A stretch of 64,000 nucleotides of DNA from Magallana gigas. Its lineage: Eukaryota. Each line of letters starts with the position of its first letter. The stretch's first letter is position 1. This document shows, piece after piece, positions 38,652-49,645 of this stretch. The position numbers and the translations under genes were made by a program. Location of the stretch: assembly GCF_963853765.1 (NCBI RefSeq), contig NC_088859.1, positions 43,586,001-43,650,000 on the forward strand, read 5' to 3'. The notes under the pieces were generated by a model, which was given only the letters and a program-made list of their open reading frames with translations, was not told the origin of the DNA and ran no database searches.

Positions 38652-38848
38652 TTTTATTTTTATGTGACTGATATTATATCAGTCACATAAAAATAAAAAG
38701 ATCAAAAGATTCAAAACATTATATCTTAATTGGATTGCTTCACTTTATGCATAGAAAACCGAAAGATCAATAACTCTAATGGTATATCGGTTTTCTATGC
38801 ATAAAGTGAAGCAATCCAATTAAGATAAAATGTTTTGAATCTTTTGAT
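38652..38848. repeat. Two adjacent inverted repeats (23-bp perfect arms; 62-bp arms with one mismatch)
   Basis: 38652-38674 pairs with 38676-38698. 38701-38762 pairs with 38787-38848 around a 24-nt loop. Confidence 0.95.
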
Positions 38849-41800
38849 AATCTTTTCAAAATTTGAGTTTTGTTTTAATTTCATTTTTTATTGTTTGAAG
38901 AATAAATATGTTGGAATTTTCACTTGATACATGATAATTATTTTAGCAGTATTTTTTTAAACCAAACTTCAAAGGCGCACCGATACTCAATGTTTATGGA
39001 TTTACAAAATAATCACAACTGTTACAGTAATATACATGAATAGTTGTAGAACTTTATAGCAAGATAAGAGAATTTTCTCAAATGAGATTACTTAAACCAG
39101 ACTCACTCTCTCTCTCTCTCTCTCTCTCGTACAATGATTTATTTATCACATTGCAGGAAAAATGCTTGTGATTTCGAACTGGGTAAAAGATTATGTAAAG
39201 TCTGTGGACACTGCTCTCGACGTAACATTAAAGAAAATTTTATGGCCCCTGACCTGTAGCCGCGTGCCTTATACAGTAGTAAGCATAGGTATGTGGAGTA
39301 ATACTATATAGTATAGGATTCCAGTCCTGTGTTCCTCAGGCTTTAGTGTCCCAAGCACGTGATTGTCGAACTCAGTTTCGTTCAACTGCCTACACATTCT
39401 GTTCCCCAATGCCATGGGATGATACGGGATGTATTTTAAATCTGTTTATATTAAAAAGCCAACGGTCGAAACATTTATGAAATGTTGGACAGGCGACGGT
39501 CTGTAGGCGTTGAGACCAGGCAGATAAAGTTGAATCAAGTCGGGCATATATCGGATGCCAGGATTTCATCAGCAGTCGATCGTCACTACGAGGCTCTAAT
39601 ATGAATGTTTTCTGACTTGCAAAGCCCGCGACTTGTATACAGTATAAGCTATTATCATTTTTCTGGCATTTATTTCTTTACGTTTTAACTTCGTTTATTT
39701 CCGTTAGTATTCGTATTATCTGGTTTACTTCAATACTGGTTATTTCATGCACGAGCGCTTTCGCTCTCAGTATAAATAGATTTCCCGGGAAGTATTCGAT
39801 TAATGCGACGTTCGTTACCAAGTAGTATAGGTTGTCTTTGGTTTTCCCTACCCGCCCTGACCCAAAATTGTTTTTTGAGATTAACTTATATTTTGTGTTG
39901 CCATTTATTTGTATGTCGAATGGATATTAAAAATGCGATTTGTAACGAACGCACCAATCCTAAAAAAAAATCTGTTTTTGTTTTTCAACAAATTAGTCAA
40001 GAAAATATTTATTTTCGGAGGAGTGAAAGGAGGGAGAAAATAATGATTTTGATATAAACATCTTTTAAGCCTCTACAGCTGCTGGCATCGATATGCGGTT
40101 AAAAGGGCAAAAAACGGTCAGCGCAATCAAATATGGGTGGGGATGTAAGCTGTCTACAAAGAAAGAACCATTTTAACAAGACCTTGGACTTTCGGTAGGA
40201 CGTAACCATCTATTTCTTGCATCAAAACAAGTGAAAAATGACACTGGTTTCGATTCAAATATGCCAAAAGTCAGACACATCTTGTTGATTTCAAAGAGCC
40301 ATGGCTGAGTGGCCAGCAATGAAACAGACAGACCTTCGTCACATTGCTGTTTCACACAACTACCCAAAATCCAAGCTCTTGTTAAAATCGTTCTTTAGAT
40401 GTTTTTTCTTCTATCTAGTTCCAGGCAGCGTTTGATGGAAGTTTCTTGGACAGCTTCCAAATTAATGGTTTAGAAGGATCAGTCTGGTCAACAGCTTGCT
40501 GACTCGAGAAAAGGTGTCAACAAATTTCTGACAATAACAAGCGAAATTAAAAAATTGTCAGAGTTGCTTTAGGTGTTTTGGCCTTAAAAAAGGATCCGTT
40601 TCTATTCTTATTTCGCCTGTTAAACTTTTATACTCCCTTTACATCATGCTATCTCTTATAATCTAATAATTTTATGCTGATTTGAGGATCTATTTCAAGG
40701 GTTGTGCATCTTAGCTAGCTAATGATCGTTGTACATAGAGGATCAGAGTGGAACGTATTTACCGCTGACTTGCGAAGATGGGTGTTGTTAGCCACCTTGT
40801 ACGAAGAAGTGTTTGTTTCACCATCTTTGCTAGCCAAGAGGTTATGATACACTCTATACCTGTTTAGTAGCTTTTCCCCAATAGTAACTATTTAACCACT
40901 TTTACGTGGGGGAATTCCGAAAATCTACTATTTTCGTAGGTCGGACGATATTGCTATTTTTCCAAATAGGAGAAAGGCCGGTAGAGAGCACGGGCACTAT
41001 ACAAAACAACTTTAAGTAAAAATATTCTTTTTAGTTTTTGGGAGTGTGTGACGTATTAAAATTGAATCAAAAACATGTATTTTAGAAAACCCAAATGCAA
41101 ACGAACAATCGCTCGACGTAGTCCAAATAATGCCGCCTTGCGCGTGTATTCAGTCCAGATCTCATTTATCAATCAGACTGCTTACGTGTACATATAGTGT
41201 GTACCCAAAAATACCTTGTAAGGGTGGTATTGGAAAAACCCTTTTGTCAAGAGGTATATTTATAGATTCCTTGACTTTGAAGAAACGTGACAATATACCA
41301 TAAGATCTTGAAGTAACTTGAGCTGGAGAATACAATAATGAAGAATATTTGATACAATTGTCCCTCAGCAGATCTATCATGCCGTATACCGGTGAGTATA
41401 CATGTATTGTAACGTTGAAAATTATCTTGGAAAAAGAATCGAAAGTAAAGTAAAATAAAACATGCATAGTTATTATATATATGTCTTACATATACCACGC
41501 ACTAGTATTGGATATATCAAAAGAATGCTAGTATTTTAAAAGATGTGCTCAAATTTTACCATGCATGCATTTAAAACCCTCGGTTAGTTAATTTAATATT
41601 TGAAAGACTGAAGTTTACACGTAACCTACAGCGACCTAAGAAATATTCATAATGGTGTCAGACTCAAAGTCTCACAGGAGAGATTTGTATGGAATGCCAT
41701 AGCTGCCTTAAGGTCAATTTCATATTATATGAATTGGTGTATTTTTTATATGCAATAGTAATATCATTATATGCAGTGCTAACATCATTATATGCAGTGC

Positions 41801-42421
41801 CAACATCATTATATACTATTATTTCACCATTTTATTCAGGGGTAAAATCTTTATATGAAGTGGTAACATTATTACGTGATGTCGTAAGATCATTATGTGC
41901 AGTAGTTTATTCATTATATGCTATGAATAAATCTTTATATGATATGATAAACTCATTTCATACAGAGCAAAACTCATAATGAACTATTGTTCAATCGTTA
42001 TGTTATATGGTACACTCTTCATGTGCAGTTGCAAAATCCTTTTATGCAGTGCAACTTCTTAACATTAGGTGATAAGTTCATAATATGCAGTACTAACATC
42101 ATGTTATGGTGTATTAAAACCATTATGTATGGTAGTAAAACCTTTATGTATTGTGGTGAAAGCTTTACATGCAATTGTAAATCCTTTATATGATGTTACA
42201 ATTTTATAATATGCCGTTGTTGAGTCATTATATTATGAGGTCAGTTCTTTACATGATGTGATCATTTCATTATATGGAGTGGTAACTTCTCTATATGCAG
42301 TCGTAACTCTTTATGATGAGGTTGTAAACTGGTTCTCGCTGAAAAGTTTTAATGGGGAGGAGATCCAGTTTTACTTTTAAAAAGATGCCGCGTTCGTTGT
42401 GACGATGCACATTTCCTGGTC

Positions 42422-42554
42422 NNNNNNNNNNNNNNNNNNNNNNNNNNNNNNNNNNNNNNNNNNNNNNNNNNNNNNNNNNNNNNNNNNNNNNNNNNNNNNN
42501 NNNNNNNNNNNNNNNNNNNNNNNNNNNNNNNNNNNNNNNNNNNNNNNNNNNNNN
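42422..42554. other. Assembly gap (133 N)
   Basis: Run of N. Confidence 1.
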
Positions 42555-43060
42555 GTGTGATAAATCGAATGAATTTTAGTAGAGTACGCGTTTAATTTTA
42601 AAAGTAAAATAAATTTCAAAAAATGATTGAATTTTGTAGAAATTTAATACCCCCCTCTGCTTCTAGATCCGCGCATACAGTTAGGAAGATCACTTTATGT
42701 ATCTTGATATTAACATAGAACAATTTGATTTCTACTTGCTATCGTGTTTTAAACAATATATGTAATTCTTTGAAGCTTTTTGAATTAATAAATCTCATTC
42801 TGTCTCTTCAAAAACGTTTAAATTGAGGAGTTATTTTGCTCTTGATTGTTATTTAAAATAATTTTAATAGCATCCATATAAATCGTGGTGCTTGGAACAA
42901 ACTTATCCGTATTTTGCTGATTCATACATTATTGCACGGCTTGCTTTTAACGATGTCGAACAATGTGTATATATATTTTGAAAACGACATTTTTTACAAA
43001 AAAAAAATACATTAACTTTATCGATTAATGCGTTACTTCCTCGTTCAGCAGCAAGTATTC

Positions 43061-43156
43061 TAGCTGCAGACCTATAGCTCTCTGGTTGAAAAAATTCGGA
43101 TAGACAATTTGTCTATCCGAATTTTTTCAACCAGAGAGCTACAGATCTGCAGATAC
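43061..43156. repeat. Palindrome with perfect 33-bp arms and a 1-nt centre
   Basis: 43075-43107 TAGCTCTCTGGTTGAAAAAATTCGGATAGACAA, T at 43108, exact reverse complement at 43109-43141. Imperfect pairing extends about 14 bp further. Confidence 0.95.
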
Positions 43157-44208
43157 AAATGTTTAAAATGTGAACATTGTCGGTAACGTTGAAAAAATCA
43201 GCACACATGTAAAATATTACAATGACAAGCGTTTTGAAACTTATTTATCCCGACATCATTTATTTTCAAAACCATCGGAATAGGGGTATTACCTTTTCAA
43301 AAATTAATTTAAAAAATACCAAGCAGTTAGTCTCGGTGATTATTCGGACATCCTGCGTAACCAATCGGCTATACTAGACACGATGAAGTTTGTTAAGATT
43401 TAAAACACCGTTTTTTAACTTCGGAGGTTTTTTTTTCGAAGTTTAATCTTTAAAAATATGCCTCTTTGAAACAAAAATCGGATATGCCTTGAAACCAGTC
43501 ACATTTTTCAGTGAGACCATTTTACAATTTGTTTAATGCATGGGGGTCTTGAACGGGGTGGGGGTGGGTCGCGGGGAGGACCCCGCCCCAGAAAAATTAA
43601 AATTTCGTAAAATTTCCATGAAATTACCAAAAATTTGCCTCGGACCCACCTCCCCCCACCCCTTCGACAAACTTCAGTATTCATCGTACCCCCCCCCCCC
43701 CCCACCCCCGAAAATTTTGTATTGATCCGCGTATAAAATGGTCCTATAAAAATGATGTGACAATATCTGCAACAGCTTTATGGAAAATAGCACAGGAACT
43801 GCAACACCTTCTTTGTTGGATTTAAAATACAAAAATACATACCCGGTGAGCTTAAATTTTATACAGTGGATGAAACAACCATAAAAAGAGGTTAAGACCA
43901 ACCAATTTCTTTATTATTTCTTGAAAATCAAATTAATTTTAAGAAAAATGAAAAATAATTTTTATTTATGTCTATGAATAAAAATCTGTCTATTCCTTTT
44001 GCGTTGGAGGCATTAATCAGCGAGGAGTAGCATCTACCTGGTACATTGAAACAAAGGTCTTTCGACTTTGATTTTGAAACGCTTGCTTCATTTTTTGTAA
44101 TTTCTTTTACTCTTAAATTAAAAGCATACTCTACTAATAATAAATAAGATTTTTCACACAAAATGGGTTCAGTGATTGATATTATGATATCGATGTTAAA
44201 GGACAGAT

Positions 44209-44211
<3 letters not shown>

Positions 44212-44292
<81 letters not shown>
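44212..44292. repeat. (CT)n microsatellite
   Basis: About 40 CT units abutting the inner end of the right foldback arm. Confidence 0.98.
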
Positions 44293-44295
<3 letters not shown>

Positions 44296-45539
44296 ACAAC
44301 GATCGAACGCGGCATCTTTTTAAAAATAAAACTGGATCTCCTCCCCATTAAAACTTTTCAGCGAGAACCAGTTTACAACCTCATCATAAAGAGTTACGAC
44401 TGCATATAAAGAAGTTACCACTCCATATAATGAAATGATCACATCATGTAAAGAACTGACCTCATAATATAATGACTCAACAACGGCATATTATAAAATT
44501 GTCACATCATATAAAGGATTTACAATTGCATGTAAAGCTTTCACCACAATACATAAAGGTTTTACCACCATACATAATGGTTTTAATACACCATAACATG
44601 ATGTTAGTACTGCATATTATGAACTTATCACCTAATGTTAAGAAGTTGCACTGCATAAAAGGATTTTGCAACTGCACATGAAGAGTGTACCATATAACAT
44701 AACGATTGAACAACAGTTCATTATGAGTTTAGCTCTGTATGAAATGAGTTTATCATATCATATAAAGATTTATTCATAGCATATAATGAATAAACTACTG
44801 CACATAATGATCTTACGACATCACGTAATAATGTTACCACTTCATATAAAGATTTTACCCCTAAATATAATGGTAAAATAATAGTATATAATGATGTTAG
44901 CACTGCATATAATGATGTTAGCACTGCATATAATGATGTTAGCACTGCATATAATGATATTACTATTGCATATAAATGAAATACCAGTTCATATAATATG
45001 AAATTGACCTTAAGGCAGCTATGGCGTTCCATAGATTTGGCTGTTTCTTTAGTTAACGTACTTTGATGATTCATGCGGGTTATAAAGGTAGCGATCATTG
45101 CAGAAAAAATTACATAACCTACAGACGTGGGTTACATATTTTTTCTGCAATGTCGCCACCTTCATATCCCGAAAGATTAATCACCAAAGAAAGAATTTTA
45201 TTGTTTGAATAAGCTCAGCGACGTACATTTTTCTCTCTAAACAAATATTTGGATTTTGACAAAATATATTGACCGACCGAAAGAGCAAAAAGTATCCGAT
45301 TGCTCTCGTGCATTTAAAGGCTTTTATTGTACTTTTGATGTAATAATACAAAAATGAATACTGATAAAACAAAACCATATATAATTCCAAATTACTTCTA
45401 TTGTCCTTATTCTGCTTTGGTTTGTTGATACCGTTCAAGTTTTGTAATGGATATAATTATTGACAGGTCATTTGTGCGTTCCACACGAATTTAAAGTATA
45501 TTCACATTATTTTATCTCCATTATTATTTGACGTTACAG

Positions 45540-48500
45540 ATGATGATTGCAGCATTTGTCGGGAAACCTATCAAGCTGCCGAGGACAGAACTTTTCTGAT
45601 CTGTTCACACGGTAAGGCGACAATTTTTCATTAAAAATGTGAAGAATATATATACACAAAATAAATCTTAAATAACGACATATCAAGTTCTACCAAATAA
45701 TTCGTTTGTTACAAGTTTCTTATTAAGAAAAAGATTTTCCCTAAATGGTAACTTAAGATTGGTAGTTATGTGTAATGTGGATGGCGCAAACGTATCATTT
45801 GGGAATGGTATGTTCTGTACAAACTATGCATGCTATTTGTACTATTTCAAATACAAATGTTTAATCCAATTTTAAATTCGTTTTAACACATAGTATTTCA
45901 TACACGCTGTATAAATGAATGGCTGCTCAGACGGAACACGTGCCCCATCTGCAGGGAGCGAATCGGGGATGGAGACGGGGAAGAGAGTGGTAACGACAGT
46001 GTCAACGATGAACAAGAGTTTGTAGGTGCTAATATATTTATATTTACATCTACCTAGCATAATTTCCTCTATTTCTTACGGAAACTATAGAAACAGCTAG
46101 ACTGAAATCTTCACGCCCTATTTATCGATTGGTCGAAATCTACAGCGGCTGAAAGTGACAGGACTGAAATTGACACGCCCTGTTTATCGATTGGTCTAAA
46201 CCTACATACAGCGACCTAAGTAAATCCCGGACTGCACGAAATAATCATGACGATGTCAGACTCAAAGTCTCACAGGAGAATATTTGGCTGTTTCTTTTAG
46301 CAGTAGCTAACGTACTTTTGTACATTAACAGTAATTTAGTGAATTTTACTAACTTTTCATAATCAGTTTATTAATTAGTTAAAGAAAGATGTTAATATAA
46401 ACAATAAAATGCTTTCTTTGATGATTCATGTGGGTTATGAAGGTAGCGATCATTGCAGGAAAAATTTACATAACCCGCTAAAGCGGGTTATGTATTTTTC
46501 CTGCAATGTCGCTACCTTCATATCCCGAATGAATCACCAAAGAAAGCATTTTATTGTTTAGATATTGCTGTGTCTCTACGTGTTATTTTATTTTAATTCA
46601 GTGTTACTTTTTAATATGTTGAAGGGGTGTAACTGCAATCGTTTTATTACTACAACAATTGGTAGTATACCTTATTACTATTTGCAAGTATAAGCGTTTG
46701 TAGTGATTTGTTGGTCATAATGTATGTCTGGTAATCAATTATTTTAGAGAGATTTGATGGGGTCCGAATTCCTCGTTACAGAGAGGGATTTCGATATGAT
46801 CAAGATTTAAATGCATACATTTATGGGGTGTTGATGTACGGTAAGTTTTGTACTACTTATAGTTTTAAATTCTTTCAATTACAAAACTTTAATGTAACAC
46901 TGCACGCAAATATACTGTTTACTTATCTACAAATCTAGGTTTGGTAGACTTGTTTTTAATAGAATACAGTAAACATATAGTGATTATATAACTATTTCTG
47001 TTGACATAAAGAATCCGATACTAGTTTTTTTTTCTTATAAAGAGTACTATAGCTTATAAACGATAGTGTATGAAATCATCATGATTGTCGTCAAATAAGT
47101 AATTATTTTGATTTTTTTATTTAGAAACAACATAATCATAACCATGCCATTTAATAAAATTGATAGTGTCTAATAATATTATTAGATGTCTATGTATACC
47201 ATATCTATATATAGAATAATAAAAGTATACTTTTTCGTAACCCAATTCAAATAGTTTTCGGAATACTATTTTGTGCATGGATTATTTACGTCATTGGATC
47301 CTATGGTTGGTCTTGTTCTTCAAAGGGATGGAGGAGGATCTTTCCTGGTAATTAAAAGCCTGCACTTTTGTAAAATTTATTAATGTAGATGTTTTAATTC
47401 TTGAGATTTTGTATATATTAATTGATTTTATACAGATTCTGTGGAATTCATGTCTTATTCTCCTGAACTGGAAGTCCTGAATGGCGGTAAATGCATACGT
47501 AATTCTGGTTTTAATTTCTGGAATGACCGATTTCAAGTGTTTAACGGAGTCGCAGGGAGGGTTCCCGTCCGTTTCCTTGGTTCTCTAGACGTAGAAATTG
47601 AAATAAAGTATAAAATCAAGAAGGACATGGAAATAGGAACAATCATATTTCAAACTGGATTTCTACCAACACAGTATATGGATAAAGATCGTTTCATTTA
47701 CGACCAGGGGTTAGCAATAACTGCTGTGGTTCGTGGAAACAATGAGGTGCACTTGGTCATCAGTAATTTTGGAGCCAGTATGAAGGAAGAACGAATATCC
47801 GAAAATAAAAGAGGTACATCTTTTGTTGGAAAGTTGATTCTACGAAAACTGAAGCAAAATATATCTGTGTACTTAAAGGTAGATAATTCTGAGGAGCTAT
47901 ACCGTGAAAGACAAGCACATTATTTTTCTACGGACTTGCCCAACGTACTTGCGCCAGACGGAGTATATATACACACCTTTGAAAATATCAAGAACAATCT
48001 TGAGGATGTGTGGCCAGTGTTTAATGTTTACAACGGATCCAGTGCTAATGTTATCATGTCATCAAAACATTTTCACGAACCATCTTGCAACAAGAACCTA
48101 TATATATCTGAGAATGGACAGTCTGTATCCAATTCAAAGCAAGTAGGGTTTATGAAATGTGGATTAAAGTCGGGACCATTGGAATCAAAGGACGCTACTT
48201 TTGTACGATCTAATCGCGAATTATACAGCTACAACCCATTCCTGCTACGTAAGAAATATAATATCTCCTTTGAATTAGAATATGAGAAGAGTATTTATTC
48301 TGACAAAGAGCATTCGTTTCCATTTCAAATACAATTGGAGTCTCAGGAGAATAGTTTTGTGCTTGGTGTTGCTGCTTTGGAAAACTACATTTTTATTTAC
48401 ATGTTTTACGGCAATTCTACTCCAGCATTTGAACGAATTCCACAAAGGACAAGCCACGGTTTGAAAAAGCTTCATTTTTCCATTGAAGTGAACTATGAAC

Positions 48501-48643
48501 TTCGCACAATCAAACTTGATATACTTTATCCAGCAGAAAATCAACGATATTCTCATGAATTTATGAACACGGTTTATACGAGGACGCCCTATCTTTTCGT
48601 AGGAATGAGAAATACAGGAATCATAGAGGCATGTTTCAGCTAG
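45540..48643 (+). CDS. RING-H2 plus two divergent PRY/SPRY-like domains, putative E3 ubiquitin ligase (5' end missing)
   Basis: Exons 45540-45611, 45894-46025, 46748-46840, 47436-48643 in phase. RING-H2 reads CSIC...LICSH|VFHTRCINEWLLRRNTCPIC. The last exon has two repeats with PRY-like starts (FMSYSPELEVLNGGKCIRN; FHEPSCNKNLYISENGQSVSN) and a SPRY-like end (VWPVFNVYN). RING call is firm; SPRY call is inference. Confidence 0.8.
46080..46560 (+). mobile_element. Non-autonomous element with ~160-bp terminal hairpin, in an intron of the RING gene
   Basis: 46399-46560 folds back on itself around CCCGCTAAAGCGGG. Internal ~60-bp direct repeat GACTGAAAT...ATCGATTGGTC. Same family as the split element at 41624-45205. 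Confidence 0.75.
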
Positions 48644-49645
48644 CACCAAATACAAGTGTTATAATTATAAAGCACACCATGGTCAATATATATTGTTTTG
48701 TAGCACCTAATGGAAGTACAGGTTCTATTTGTATTTTTATGATTTTTCACACATAAACTAAAGAAGGAATAAAGAGTGTTTTAAAAATTGTCGTTTAGAA
48801 ATTATTTTCATGTTGTACATTTGCTTACCAAAGGGATAGGTATACATTATATAACAAAAGCGATCTGTATTCTGTAATCAGTGTACCTTATAGCGTTTTA
48901 ACGTCCATATGAAATTCGCTTAAAAGACCTAAATATGAAACTTGATATTGTGTAACGAAAGATACAAAAAGTTGTAACATCTGTTGTGACTTCTTTGTCT
49001 GAAGCATGCCCGTTTTTCATTTCAAAAATTGTATAATAATTTTATTTTAAAAATTTGAAAGAACCCATTTCATTAGGCAGAACTTGGGGTTATGACCAAC
49101 TACATTGTATCATTTATGGATATAAACTTAAAATGCGGTATTTAATTTGAGATTATACATCATCATATTTTGTTTGTAGAATTAAAATATTTATTATAAT
49201 CAAGTTTAATAAATGACATGCAAAATTTGACGCTAAAATCATATGAAACAGCTAACAAGACAACGTAGGTACAGTTTAACAAAATTCGAATTCATTAGTA
49301 GGAATTGTAACTAGGTAAACATAAAAAAAAACCCACTACAATGCCCAGAATGCAATGGAAAAAATCACAAACTATATATTGTCACTATAGAATCAAACTA
49401 AAATTATGACAATTTGACTAATTATAAATGTTTAGTGCCCATGATTTACAATTACTTATGTTGTGGGCTCATAAAAAAGGGGAAAAAAGAATCACAATAT
49501 GTTTCTGCGAGAAAAATTTTACGTGAATTTTGTGTGCATGTTATCTTCACATAAAATTCACGTAGTCACGTTAGACACAATAGGCTGTGTACGACTTGAC
49601 ATATAACCTCTAGGATTCACATTGTCATGATAAGGACCTGGAGCA

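Larger units (their letters stand above)
41687..45034. mobile_element. Foldback-type element with ~719/744-bp inverted arms and 4-bp ATTT target duplication
   Basis: 41687-42405 is the reverse complement of 44291-45034. Arms contain 21-bp repeats (ATCATTATATGCAGTGCTAAC); the right arm has one extra unit. ATTT at 41683-86 and 45035-38. Confidence 0.88.
41624..45205 (+). mobile_element. Hairpin-ended non-autonomous element split by the foldback insertion
   Basis: 41624-41686 (CCTACAGCGACCTAAG...CTCACAGGAGAGATTT) and 45035-45205 (ATTTGGCTGTTTC...TTTTATTGTTT) are contiguous in the uninterrupted relative at 46080-46560. Confidence 0.8.

Noticed and set aside
39300-39600. Plus-strand frame YEMLDRRRSVGV resembling a GPCR DRY region
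   Set aside because: Short, bounded by stops, with no transmembrane segments.
40000-40870. Minus-strand fragments (THLRKSAVNTFH, LAKMHNP) resembling a tyrosine-recombinase C-terminus
   Set aside because: Motifs too short and frames too broken to support. A translated HMM search against Crypton/DIRS recombinases would decide it.
41160-41400. KGGIGKTLL, a Walker-A-like string on the plus strand followed by a good donor
   Set aside because: Lacks the first Gly, has two in-frame stops soon after, and has no partner exons; probably chance.
41750-41830. 21-bp tandem repeats considered as a CRISPR-like array
   Set aside because: No unique spacers and no cas genes; eukaryotic context.
41689-45098. 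Pairs of near-identical ORFs on opposite strands (41689-41979 with 44721-45098; 41987-42193 with 44507-44713)
   Set aside because: By-products of the inverted arms and their 21-bp repeats, not genes.
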